Part shown: piece after piece, positions 17,766-27,268 of the stretch
How the letters are laid out: every line of letters starts with the position of its first letter
Numbering within the stretch: the first letter of the stretch is position 1
Virus genome (UHGV): UHGV-2172388
Reading direction: 5' to 3' (one strand)
DNA: 32,728 nucleotides
From: a virus
Notes under the pieces: generated by a model
Seen by the model: the letters and a program-made list of their open reading frames with translations, nothing else
Databases searched by the model: none
Told to the model about the DNA's origin: nothing
Made by a program: the position numbers and the translations under genes

Positions 17766-18520
17766 ATACGTTACCCGTTATTCCGTGGATCGGCGGCAAA
17801 CGCCGACTGGCGAAACACATCCTGCCGCTGTTTCCTGAACACCGCTGTTACGTCGAGCCATTTTGCGGAGCGGCGGCGCTGTTCTTTATGAAACGCCCCG
17901 CTCAGGCCGAGGTGCTGAATGATATCAACGGTGACGTTACCAACCTCTACCGGGTACTCCAGCACCATTTAGAAGAGTTTGTCCGCCAGTTTAAATGGTC
18001 GCTGGTCAGCCGCGAAATGTACCGCTGGCTCCAGATCACCCCGGAAGAAACGCTGACCGACATCCAGCGCGCGGCGCGCTTCTACTATCTGCAAAAGCTG
18101 GCGTTCGGCGGCAAGGTGGAAAGCCGCACGTTCGGTACCGCCACCACCTCACCGCCACGCCTGAACCTGCTGCGTATGGAGGAAGATTTATCCGCCGCCC
18201 ATCTGCGGCTGGCGCGCGTCTGTATTGAAAATCTGGACTGGGCCGACTGTATTCGCCGCTATGACCGCCCGCATACCCTGTTCTACTGCGACCCGCCATA
18301 CTGGAAAACCGAAGGCTACGGCGTACCGTTTGGCCTTGAGCAGTACCAGCGTATGGCAGAGCTGGCGCGCACCATGCAGGGCCGGATGATTATCTCGGTT
18401 AACGACATCCCGGAAATGCGCGATATCTTCCACGGCCTGACATTCTCAACGGTAGGGATTCGCTATACCGTAGGCGGAAAGCCAGCCAGCGCTACATCAG
18501 AACTGATTATCCTGAATTAA
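17762..18520 (+). CDS. dam: DNA N6-adenine methyltransferase (Dam-like, D12 class), orphan
   Basis: 252 aa; N-terminal WIGGKRRL and SAM-binding EPFCGAAAL; catalytic FYCDPPY (DPPY) motif. Confidence 0.85.
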   Translation: MNTLPVIPWIGGKRRLAKHILPLFPEHRCYVEPFCGAAALFFMKRPAQAEVLNDINGDVTNLYRVLQHHLEEFVRQFKWSLVSREMYRWLQITPEETLTDIQRAARFYYLQKLAFGGKVESRTFGTATTSPPRLNLLRMEEDLSAAHLRLARVCIENLDWADCIRRYDRPHTLFYCDPPYWKTEGYGVPFGLEQYQRMAELARTMQGRMIISVNDIPEMRDIFHGLTFSTVGIRYTVGGKPASATSELIILN

Positions 18521-18523
18521 AAA

Positions 18524-18562
18524 CCGCTTCTGCTTGTAGTGCCTGTGGTTACAAGTGGAAGC
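18524..18562. promoter_or_regulatory. Late-promoter dyad, degenerate copy (CTTGTA-N11-TACAAG core) upstream of FI
   Basis: Core TGT-N13-ACA spacing identical to the other three sites; centre 83 nt upstream of the FI ATG. Confidence 0.5.
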
Positions 18563-18626
18563 GATCTTACATCCCCCCGCCATCGTGCCACCATCGTCAT
18601 TTATTGACCTGATGGAGGCTCGCCCT

Positions 18627-19805
18627 ATGGCAACCGACTACCACCACGGCGCGCGCGTTATTGAAATCAATGAAGGCGTGCGCCCAATCCGTACCCTCTC
18701 CACCGCCGTGATCGGCATCGTCTGCACCGGATCAGACGCCGATGAAAAAACCTTTCCCCTTGATACCCCGGTACTGTTAACCGACGTGCGATCTGCGCTG
18801 GGTAAAGCCGGTGATAGCGGTACGCTGGCGCACTCTCTGGATGCCATCGCCGACCAGACGCAGCCGGTGGTAGTCGCCGTGCGCGTAGCCGAAGGCGACT
18901 CCGCCGCCGAAACCACCGCCAATATCATCGGCGGCAGCACGCCAGCCGGGAAATACACCGGCATGAAGGCGCTGCTGGACTCGCAAACCAAACTGAAAAT
19001 AAAACCGCGCATTCTGGCGGTACCGGGGCTGGATTCTCTGCCTGTCGTCACCGAACTGGTCAGCATTTCACAGCAGCTTCGCGCCTTCAGCTATCTGTCG
19101 GCGTTCGGCGCGCAGACCAAAGAAGAGGTGGTGCTGTATCGCGATCAGCTCGGCGCACGGGAGGCGATGATTATCTGGCCGGATTTTGTCGGCTTTGATA
19201 CGCAGGCTGCTGCCGAACGCACGCTGTACGCCACCGCCCATGCCGTGGGCCTGCGTGCAAAAATTGATGAAGAAATCGGCTGGCATAAAACGCTGTCCAA
19301 CGTTGACGTCAACGGCGTGACTGGCATTTCCCGCAGCGTATTCTGGGATCTGCAGTCCACCGCCACCGATTCGGATTACCTCAACAGCCACGACGTCACC
19401 ACGCTGATTTGCAACGGCGGCTATCGCTTCTGGGGATCGCGCACCTGCAGCACCGATCCGCTGTTTGCCTTTGAGAACTACACCCGCACCGCGCAGGTGC
19501 TGGCGGATACCATCGCCGACGCCCACTTCTGGGCGGTAGATAAACCGCAACACGCTTCTCTGTTCCGCGACATTATCGAAGGCGTGAACGCCAAATTCCG
19601 CGAACTGAAAGGCAACGGCTACATCGTCGATGGTTCCGCATGGTTCGATCCCGCCGCCAACACGCCGGACATCCTGAAAGCGGGTAAAGCGTATATCGAC
19701 TACGACTACACCCCGGTGCCGCCGCTGGAAAACCTGATGTTCCGCCAGCGCATCACTGACCGCTATCTGGTCAATCTGGCTGAATCCATCGCCACCACCG
19801 TGTAA
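18627..19805 (+). CDS. FI: Tail sheath protein (P2 gpFI-like)
   Basis: ATG 18627 with GGAGG RBS; MATDYHHGARVIEINEGVRPI... matches recalled FI N-terminus. Confidence 0.9.
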   Translation: MATDYHHGARVIEINEGVRPIRTLSTAVIGIVCTGSDADEKTFPLDTPVLLTDVRSALGKAGDSGTLAHSLDAIADQTQPVVVAVRVAEGDSAAETTANIIGGSTPAGKYTGMKALLDSQTKLKIKPRILAVPGLDSLPVVTELVSISQQLRAFSYLSAFGAQTKEEVVLYRDQLGAREAMIIWPDFVGFDTQAAAERTLYATAHAVGLRAKIDEEIGWHKTLSNVDVNGVTGISRSVFWDLQSTATDSDYLNSHDVTTLICNGGYRFWGSRTCSTDPLFAFENYTRTAQVLADTIADAHFWAVDKPQHASLFRDIIEGVNAKFRELKGNGYIVDGSAWFDPAANTPDILKAGKAYIDYDYTPVPPLENLMFRQRITDRYLVNLAESIATTV

Positions 19806-19819
19806 CAGGAGAACGCACC

Positions 19820-20335
19820 ATGGCACTACCCAGCAAACTGAAATACCTCAACCTGTTTAACGAGGGCGATATCTATCTGGCGCAGGTGGAGTCCTTCACT
19901 CCGGCAAAGCTGACGCGCAAGCTGGAAGCCTATCGTGGCGGCGGCATGAACGGCGCAGCGCATGTCGATCTGGGGCTGGATGACGAGGCGCTCAGCGTGG
20001 AATGGTCAATCGGCGGCTATGAGCTGCTGGCGCTGCGGCAGATCGGCTGGACGAAGATCAGCGGCGTGATGCTGCGATTCTCCGGCGCTATCCAGCGTGA
20101 AGACAGCGAAGAGTACGACGCAGTGGAAATCGTGGTGCGTGGTCGCCACAAAGAGCTGGATCGCGGCGAATACAAGCAAGGCGAGAACTCCGCGACCAAA
20201 ATCAGCACCCTTTGTACCTATTACAAAGAGAGCGTTAACGGTGAAACCATCGTTGAAATCGACACCGTGAACTTTATTGAAAATATTGACGGCAAAGACC
20301 GTCTGGCTGGCGCACGCCGGGCCATTGGCCTGTAA
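19820..20335 (+). CDS. FII: Tail tube protein (P2 gpFII-like)
   Basis: 171 aa, synteny after sheath. Confidence 0.9.
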   Translation: MALPSKLKYLNLFNEGDIYLAQVESFTPAKLTRKLEAYRGGGMNGAAHVDLGLDDEALSVEWSIGGYELLALRQIGWTKISGVMLRFSGAIQREDSEEYDAVEIVVRGRHKELDRGEYKQGENSATKISTLCTYYKESVNGETIVEIDTVNFIENIDGKDRLAGARRAIGL

Positions 20336-20344
20336 GGATGAACC

Positions 20345-20641
20345 ATGAACGAACGTAAAACCGTGACCCTGAATACTCCCCTGAAACGCGGCGAAACCGA
20401 ATTTGTCGAGTTCCAGATCCGTAAACCGCTGGGCGGCGACCTGCGCGGTGTCAGTCTGGTGGAGCTGCTGAGCCTCAACGTCGACGCACTGACCACCGTT
20501 CTGCCCCGCATCACCGCACCGGCGCTGAATAAGCATGAGGTGGCGCAACTGGATTTTATCGACCTGACGGCCTTCGGTACGGCGCTTGTCGGTTTTTTGC
20601 CGCAGACCTCGCCGGAAGCAGCGGATACCCCGGACGCATAG
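20345..20641 (+). CDS. E: Tail assembly chaperone E (P2 gpE-like)
   Basis: 98 aa; MNERKTVTLNTPLKRGE... similar to recalled gpE. Confidence 0.8.
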   Translation: MNERKTVTLNTPLKRGETEFVEFQIRKPLGGDLRGVSLVELLSLNVDALTTVLPRITAPALNKHEVAQLDFIDLTAFGTALVGFLPQTSPEAADTPDA

Positions 20642-20766
20642 AAGAGGCGCAGGCCGATATCGCCGTTATTTTTCACTGGCCGCTGTCGGCAATGGACGCT
20701 CTCACACTAAGCGAAACCCTTTACTGGCGGGAACAGGCCCGCCAGCGCAGCGGGGCCGATAAATGA
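20345..20766 (+). CDS. E': E+E' fusion made by programmed -1 ribosomal frameshift at the slippery heptamer T TTT TTG (20593-20599)
   Basis: -1 frame after the slip site stays open to TGA 20764-20766, overlapping the T start; the extension (...IAVIFHWPLSAMDALTLSETLYWREQARQRSGADK) resembles recalled P2 E'. Confidence 0.6.
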
Positions 20767-23612
20767 GCACACAGAACCTACGCCTGCAGGTACTCCTCAA
20801 CGCAGTGGACAAAATCACCCGCCCGCTGCGTTCTGTTTCACATCAAAGCAGCGAAACCGCCAGAGCGCTGAAAGCGGCGCAGCAGCAGGTCAAAGACCTG
20901 AACAAACAGGCCGGACAAATCGATGGCTATCGCAAGCTGGCGCGCGATGTCGCCGTCACCGGCAACCAGCTTAAAAGCGCGCAGGATCACGTCCGGGCGC
21001 TGGCCACGGCAATGCAAAGCAGCACTGCGCCCACGGCAGCGATGCGTCGGGAGTTTGAACGTGCCCAGCAGGAGGCGCGGCGACTTAAAGAACGGCATGG
21101 TCAACTTACTCAGGCCCAGCAGCGTAGCCGCACCGCACTGTGCAACGCTGGTATCGATACCCGTAATCTTAGCCAGCGCCAGAGTGAACTACGGCAACGA
21201 CTGGAGAGTGCTAACCGTAGCGTGGAGGAACAGCGCAGGCGACTGGAACGGCTAAACCGGCAGCAACAGCGGATGAACGCAGCAAAAAACAGCTACGCCG
21301 GAGCCATGGACACCCGCAACAAACTGGCCGGATTTGGCGCAACCGCGACGGCCACCGGCGTGGGTATGCTCTACGGCGGTGCGCGGGTAATGATGCCCGG
21401 CTACGATTTCGACGTGGGCATGTCGCGCGTACAGGCGTTAACACGCACCGATAAAAATTCTGATGAACTGAAACGGCTGCGAACGCAATCGCGGGATTTG
21501 GGCGCATCAACCAGCTTTACCGCCAACGATGTGGCGCAGGGGCAGGGTTTTCTGGCAATGGCGGGCTACACGCCGGATAAAATCGAAAAGGCGATGCCGC
21601 ACATGCTGGATCTGGCGAAAGCGGCGGGAATGGATACGCAACTGGCGCAGGTTTCTGATATCGCATCCAATATTCAGAGCGCCTATAAAATCCCGGCTGA
21701 CCAGATGCAACGCATGGCCGACGCGCTGACTTTCACATTCACCACGTCTAATACCGACCTGCAAATGTTGGGCGAAACGATGAAATACGTTGGCCCGGCG
21801 GCGCAGGCGGCAGGGCAGGATTTTGAAACCATGTCGGCAATGGTCGGGATGCTGGGCAACGTGGGGATTCAGGGATCGCAGGCGGGTACCTCTTTGCGTA
21901 TGGCGCTGTTACGGCTGGCAGCCCAGCCCAAACGCGCGGCGGAGGCGCTGGAGGATCTGAAAGTCTCGGTGGCGGACAGTACCGGGAAAATGAAAGAGAT
22001 GCCGCAACTACTGGCAGAAATATCCGCCGCATTTGAGAAGAAAGGGATTGGCGGCGTCGGTAACGTGAAGAAAATGTCCTACATCAAGGATATTTTCGGC
22101 GTGGAAGCCTCCTCCGCCATGATGGAACTGCTCGACAAACAGGCGTCACTCGATCCGTCGCAGCGCATTGAAGCCTATGCCGAACAGGTGAAAGCCTCCC
22201 TCGGTACCGCTGGCAAAGTTGCCAAAACGATGGCCGATAATATGAAGGGGGATCTCCAGAATCTTGACTCAGCGTGGGAAGATCTCGGTATTGAGATGTT
22301 CGAATCGGTAGACAGCCCGTTGCGCAGCATTACCCAACGTATGACCGGCGTTTTACAGTCCATCGGCGCATGGATGAAGGCCAACCCGCAGCTAACCGCC
22401 ACACTGGTGAAAATCGGCATGGCGATCGGCGCGTTCGCCGTAGCGCTCGGTGGCATATCCCTGACGCTGGCCGGTATCCTCGGCCCGATGGCGGCGCTAA
22501 AACTCAGCCTGTCGGTGCTCGGTATTAAGGGCGGCAGCGCGCTAGGGCTGCTGGCGAATGCCTTTAAAGGCGCGGGAAAAGCGGTAATTTGGCTGGGTCG
22601 CGCAATGATGGCTAACCCGGTTCTGGCGGTGATTGCGCTGATCGCCGGTGCCGCCATCTGGATCTGGAGTAACTGGGACTGGCTGGGGCCGAAGTTCGCC
22701 GCGCTTTGGAATAGTTTTAAGCAGGTATGCAGCGATGCGTGGAACAGTGTAAAAACCACAACCAGCGCCGTCTGGGAAGGGATTAAAACGTTTCTCTTCG
22801 GCTGCTGGGACGGGCTGGTGAATATCCTGCTGAACTGGACGCTGCCCGGTCTGGTTTACCAGCACTGGGATACTATCAAAGCAACGACCGTTGAAGCGTG
22901 GAACAGCGTGGTGGCATTTCTGGGGCAAATATGGACGGGCATTACCACTACCGCCACCGGTATCTGGGAGGGAATTAAAACCACCGTCAGCACTGCCCTG
23001 AATGCCATCATTGCTTTTTTCACCAACTGGAACCTGTCCACGGTGTTTACCACAGTCTGGGATAACGTTCTGAACAGTTTCAGTAACCTGTCCACCCGCT
23101 TTACCGAGATCGGCGGCAATATCATGGAAGGGCTGAAACAGGGGATCTTCGCCAAATGGGAAGCGATTAAGCAGGGTGTGCTGGATCTGGGCAGCAATAT
23201 TTCCAACTGGTTCAAGGACAAGCTCGGTATTCACTCACCGTCGCGGGTATTCGCCGAAATGGGCCGCTATACCGTGGACGGGCTGGCGGTCGGGATTGAG
23301 GGCAACACGCAAACGGCGCTGGCCAGCGTAGGGCAACTCTCGAAGCAGTTAATCGCCGCCGGTGCCGGGCTGACGCTCAGCGCCGCCGCTGTCGCCATGC
23401 CCCCTCTCGCCGCCCTGCCGGATAATCGCGCCCCGCTCGCGCCAGCATCCCTTTCCGCACCAGCAACCAGCGGCGGGCCAGTCACTATTCACATCCACGC
23501 TGCTCCCGGCATGAATGAACAACAACTGGCGAAACTGGTGGCGCAGGAACTGGACAAGCGCGAACGGCAGAATGCCGCCAGAACCCGCAGCAGCCTGCGC
23601 GATATTGATTAA
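20763..23612 (+). CDS. T: Tail tape measure protein (P2 gpT-like)
   Basis: 949 aa; coiled-coil N-terminus, hydrophobic middle, Trp-rich repeats; synteny. Confidence 0.9.
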   Translation: MSTQNLRLQVLLNAVDKITRPLRSVSHQSSETARALKAAQQQVKDLNKQAGQIDGYRKLARDVAVTGNQLKSAQDHVRALATAMQSSTAPTAAMRREFERAQQEARRLKERHGQLTQAQQRSRTALCNAGIDTRNLSQRQSELRQRLESANRSVEEQRRRLERLNRQQQRMNAAKNSYAGAMDTRNKLAGFGATATATGVGMLYGGARVMMPGYDFDVGMSRVQALTRTDKNSDELKRLRTQSRDLGASTSFTANDVAQGQGFLAMAGYTPDKIEKAMPHMLDLAKAAGMDTQLAQVSDIASNIQSAYKIPADQMQRMADALTFTFTTSNTDLQMLGETMKYVGPAAQAAGQDFETMSAMVGMLGNVGIQGSQAGTSLRMALLRLAAQPKRAAEALEDLKVSVADSTGKMKEMPQLLAEISAAFEKKGIGGVGNVKKMSYIKDIFGVEASSAMMELLDKQASLDPSQRIEAYAEQVKASLGTAGKVAKTMADNMKGDLQNLDSAWEDLGIEMFESVDSPLRSITQRMTGVLQSIGAWMKANPQLTATLVKIGMAIGAFAVALGGISLTLAGILGPMAALKLSLSVLGIKGGSALGLLANAFKGAGKAVIWLGRAMMANPVLAVIALIAGAAIWIWSNWDWLGPKFAALWNSFKQVCSDAWNSVKTTTSAVWEGIKTFLFGCWDGLVNILLNWTLPGLVYQHWDTIKATTVEAWNSVVAFLGQIWTGITTTATGIWEGIKTTVSTALNAIIAFFTNWNLSTVFTTVWDNVLNSFSNLSTRFTEIGGNIMEGLKQGIFAKWEAIKQGVLDLGSNISNWFKDKLGIHSPSRVFAEMGRYTVDGLAVGIEGNTQTALASVGQLSKQLIAAGAGLTLSAAAVAMPPLAALPDNRAPLAPASLSAPATSGGPVTIHIHAAPGMNEQQLAKLVAQELDKRERQNAARTRSSLRDID

Positions 23613-23625
23613 GGAGGCTCTTATG

Positions 23626-24051
23626 ATGATGGTACTGGGGCTGTTCGTCTTCAGCCTGAAAACCCTGCCCTATCAGGATATGCAGCACGCCGTAGCGTGG
23701 CGGCATCCTGCCAGTTCCCGCGTGGGGCTACGTCCGGCCAGCCAGTTTATCGGCGTGGGTGACGAAACCATTACGCTAAACGGCGTGCTGTTGCCGGAAC
23801 TGACCGGCGGGCGCTTTACTCTGTTTTTCCTGCGTAAGATGGCCGATCAGGGGATGGCGTGGCCGCTGATTGAAGGCACCGGCTCGCTGCATGGCTGGTT
23901 TGTGATTGAGAGCCTGAACGTCACCCGCAGCGTCTTTTTTCGCGATGGTGCGGCCCGGCGCATTGAGTTTACGCTGGCGTTAAAACGTGTCGATCCGCCG
24001 AAGCTAGGTGGCTTGCTGGGCGACATCATCACGATGGTAGACGGACTATGA
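23626..24051 (+). CDS. U: Tail protein (P2 gpU-like)
   Basis: AGGAGG RBS at 23612-23617; MMVLGLFVFSLKTLPYQ... matches recalled gpU. Confidence 0.85.
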   Translation: MMVLGLFVFSLKTLPYQDMQHAVAWRHPASSRVGLRPASQFIGVGDETITLNGVLLPELTGGRFTLFFLRKMADQGMAWPLIEGTGSLHGWFVIESLNVTRSVFFRDGAARRIEFTLALKRVDPPKLGGLLGDIITMVDGL

Positions 24052-25154
24052 CGATGTTAAACGCACTCTTAAACGCCCAGCCGCAGCCGGAGTACAGCGT
24101 GGTGCTGAACGGTAAGGACATTACGCGGAATCTGGACAACCGCTTAATCAGCCTGCGTATCACCGACAACCGGGGCTTTGAGGCCGACGAACTGCAGCTC
24201 GAACTGGACGACAGCGACGGCCTGCTGGCGTTTCCGGCAAAGGGCGAAAAAATAACGGTTTCTCTGGGCTGGAAGGGTGACGGCGTGATGCACCAGAATG
24301 TCTTCACCGTGGACGAACTGGAGCACAGCGGCGCACCGGACGTACTCAGTCTCCGCGCCCGCAGCGCCGATTTCCGCGATTCGCTGAACGTTAAACGGGA
24401 ACAGAGCTACCATGATGTGACGCTGGGCGCGATTGTGCAAACCGTGGCGGCACGTCATAAGCTGGAATCAACCGTCAGCGGCGAGCTGGCTGGGATCGCC
24501 ATTGAGCACGTTGACCAGACTAACGAGTCTGATGCGTCCTTCCTAACCCGGCTGGCGCAAATGCACGGCGCTATCGCCTGCGTGAAAAATGATGCTCTGC
24601 TGCTGATGCCGACAGGTTCCGGTAAAAGCGCCAGCGGCAAGCCGCTGCCGGTCGCAACCATTAACCGCGAGGACGGCGACAGCCACCGGTTCAGCATCGC
24701 GGACAGGGAAGCCTATACCGGCGTAACGGCCTACTGGCTGGATACGCGGCAGGCTAAAAAGCAGTCAACTGACGTGAAGCGCAAGACACGGAAAAATCTT
24801 CCGCAAACGCAACCAACAGAATCGCCGACGTCAGACACCTCATTCAACGCCGATAACGTGATGGTCGGCGAAGAGGGAAATATCAAGGTGCTGCGCCACA
24901 CCTATGCCAACAAAAATAACGCCTACAGAGCGGCAAAAAGCGCGTGGGAGCTATTACAGCGAGGCGCGGCAACGTTCAGCCTGAATCTTGCGCGCGGACG
25001 GCCCGATTTGTTCCCGGAACTGTCGGTGCAGGTGAAGGGGTTTAAGGCGGAGATTGACGGCACCGCGTGGGTGATTACGCGGTGCGTGCATACGTTGGAT
25101 AACAGCAGTGGGTATGGGACGGCGGTGGAGTGTGAGTTGGGGCTGGAAGATTAA
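24048..25154 (+). CDS. D: Tail protein / late control protein D (P2 gpD-like)
   Basis: 368 aa; ATGA overlap with U; synteny. Confidence 0.85.
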   Translation: MTMLNALLNAQPQPEYSVVLNGKDITRNLDNRLISLRITDNRGFEADELQLELDDSDGLLAFPAKGEKITVSLGWKGDGVMHQNVFTVDELEHSGAPDVLSLRARSADFRDSLNVKREQSYHDVTLGAIVQTVAARHKLESTVSGELAGIAIEHVDQTNESDASFLTRLAQMHGAIACVKNDALLLMPTGSGKSASGKPLPVATINREDGDSHRFSIADREAYTGVTAYWLDTRQAKKQSTDVKRKTRKNLPQTQPTESPTSDTSFNADNVMVGEEGNIKVLRHTYANKNNAYRAAKSAWELLQRGAATFSLNLARGRPDLFPELSVQVKGFKAEIDGTAWVITRCVHTLDNSSGYGTAVECELGLED

Positions 25155-26152
25155 TATCCAATACCGCTACTTACACCAACATCACTTAAAATCATTCTCA
25201 ATTCGTTCAAATATCCAGGTAACGGCCATTCTTGCTGTAATTTATTACTGTCTTCATTTATTGCCAGCCAGTAAGTAAAAATGACCACTGGCTGCGCAAA
25301 AAAAAGATTGGCAGTAGCCCTTTGTTGGATTTTATATGATATATATTTTTTCTTATCAAGAAGGTCGATTAGATTAGTCAAAAGATCTTCTTGTATAAAC
25401 GACCTATACTCATCTAAAAAACAATAATTTATTTTATCTTCCTGATTTAAATACTGTCTCCCAATTTTATTTATATAAAAATCTTTTAACTCCTTTAAAA
25501 AATCATTTCTTGGTTTATTAGTATCACATAAAAGCCGCATTGTATTACAAAATAATTCATCTGTTGTTTCCATCAAAGCCATACTACGCGCAATTTGGCG
25601 CTCCGCTTTTTTCGGTACTGGGCCAACAGGTTTATAAACGCTATCATGAACTAATTCTGCATACGCATGCTGCAATAATGTTCTAATTTGTACTTCACAG
25701 CACATATCAGTTGTAATATTAACTCCCGATATAACGCTATTTATCTTTGGCCTTATTTCAAAATGCTTTGATTGATAATCAAATAGTTTAGGGTTTACCT
25801 CTATTTCATCCTGATAATCTTTAGAAACAACAGCTATCCATTGTTCATTATTCTGAATGATTTTACAGATTGTCTCAATATCTTCAGAAAGTAAAACGAC
25901 AAAACGAACGCCAACGAGATCCGTCATCTGCTGAACAGGGTTGTTATAACCTTTACGACCAACCTTCCCTAATGCGGACTCGATACCTTTAACTCTCGGA
26001 GTGGGTGGTACCTTGATGAAGAGCTGGGCGGCCCCTTCACCAAGTTGTTCAATCAAAGCCGCATTGATTTCAGACGCAATATGTTTACCCCATGCTTCAT
26101 AAGCAGCATGGTTTTCAACCAGATAACGTCTAAAATCCTCTATACTCATCAT
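25151..26152 (-). CDS. RelA/SpoT-family nucleotidyltransferase (small alarmone synthetase / toxSAS-like) with about 140-aa C-terminal extension of unknown fold
   Basis: 333 aa in AT-rich DNA; synthetase-domain motifs RVKGIESALGKVGRKG, DLVGVRFVV, CEVQIRTLLQHAYAELVHDSVYK; ATGA overlap with the upstream gene. Confidence 0.7.
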   Translation of the reverse strand: MMSIEDFRRYLVENHAAYEAWGKHIASEINAALIEQLGEGAAQLFIKVPPTPRVKGIESALGKVGRKGYNNPVQQMTDLVGVRFVVLLSEDIETICKIIQNNEQWIAVVSKDYQDEIEVNPKLFDYQSKHFEIRPKINSVISGVNITTDMCCEVQIRTLLQHAYAELVHDSVYKPVGPVPKKAERQIARSMALMETTDELFCNTMRLLCDTNKPRNDFLKELKDFYINKIGRQYLNQEDKINYCFLDEYRSFIQEDLLTNLIDLLDKKKYISYKIQQRATANLFFAQPVVIFTYWLAINEDSNKLQQEWPLPGYLNELRMILSDVGVSSGIGY

Positions 26153-27237
26153 TCTTGACTTTTCAACCGCCCTTTGACTTTAAGTGTAGTTGACTCATCA
26201 TCATCTGTTTGTTCAATCTGTACCAGTTCTTTTACTTGATCTGGTGGTATGGATATCCATACATCGCTTGTAAACACTAATTTACTTCTACGACGAAGCT
26301 TTTTCTTAATATAATCAGTATCTTTAGACACTGCATTCTGCGGAAAACCTTTTTGAGCCATAAATGACTGATAGCTCGTCTGTAATTCTTGAGGAAGATG
26401 TTCCGTAGCAAACGAAGCGGTACTCAAAGTTGCTTTCTGACTTCTCAGTTCAGAACGTAATGACTCGTGTAAATCAAACTTAGTTTCTTCATCAACTGGA
26501 GCCTGATTAATGAAATTTCGAGTATGTTCAAAAAAATCCTGCGTCAATTTCTTGGAGGATTTTTCGATCCCCATTCCAAGAAAAACACTGTAAAAATACC
26601 CCGCAGCATTTTTAGTTTCCGTCGATGTCATCAAGTGATCAAATAAAAATGAACGATAATATTGCGTATCACAACGACCATCAATCAATTCATGGCCTGA
26701 CTCACACTCAATCAACACTCCTATTTTATAAAGCCGCTGAGTTGGTGTAAGTAATAAGTCAGCAATATACTCCATCGCTATTTTCTCTGGGGTATCATTG
26801 GTCCGAAATCCGTTTTGCATTTCAGCACGCAGTACAGCAAAGAATGGGCAGGCTTGTTCACCAATTTTTCCCGTAATGATTACTAACACACCACCGGAAA
26901 CCTTCCCCGCACTATATTGAGCTTCTGTTAACTTATGCGCCAATCGCTTAGATACGTTAATAAATGATTCGCCTTCAACATGTAGTACAGACGTTGTCAG
27001 TGCAAAAAAACTATCATCACCGGTATCAGTGATAGACATTTCAATGCCATGAGATTTATTACCTAAGGCTTCTGTTATACGAACCTGTAGTGCATCCAAA
27101 GCATCTTGTTCTAACGTTATTAACTGATTACTTAACTTAGGTGGAACCATTTGCTTATCGGGAGACCTTGGGAAGATTCGATGAGCAATAATTCTTTCAA
27201 TCATCACCCCCTCAAAAGAAAAGCCGACATTTGCCAT
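26149..27237 (-). CDS. NdpA/YejK-like (NA37 nucleoid-associated protein family) hypothetical protein
   Basis: 362 aa in AT-rich DNA; by-eye resemblance to E. coli YejK in several blocks (IERIIAHRI vs INQIALHQL; GG-hydrophobic block); assignment from memory. Confidence 0.45.
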   Translation of the reverse strand: MANVGFSFEGVMIERIIAHRIFPRSPDKQMVPPKLSNQLITLEQDALDALQVRITEALGNKSHGIEMSITDTGDDSFFALTTSVLHVEGESFINVSKRLAHKLTEAQYSAGKVSGGVLVIITGKIGEQACPFFAVLRAEMQNGFRTNDTPEKIAMEYIADLLLTPTQRLYKIGVLIECESGHELIDGRCDTQYYRSFLFDHLMTSTETKNAAGYFYSVFLGMGIEKSSKKLTQDFFEHTRNFINQAPVDEETKFDLHESLRSELRSQKATLSTASFATEHLPQELQTSYQSFMAQKGFPQNAVSKDTDYIKKKLRRRSKLVFTSDVWISIPPDQVKELVQIEQTDDDESTTLKVKGRLKSQE

Positions 27238-27268
27238 AATTACTCCCTAATAAGCTGAAATTAATAAA

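Noticed and set aside
19068-19826. 252-aa minus-strand ORF inside the tail sheath gene
   Set aside because: Antisense shadow of FI; no independent support.
22175-23234. Several long minus-strand ORFs (194, 230, 121 aa) inside the tape measure gene
   Set aside because: Antisense to gpT, overlapping one another in different frames; typical spurious ORFs in GC-rich coding sequence.
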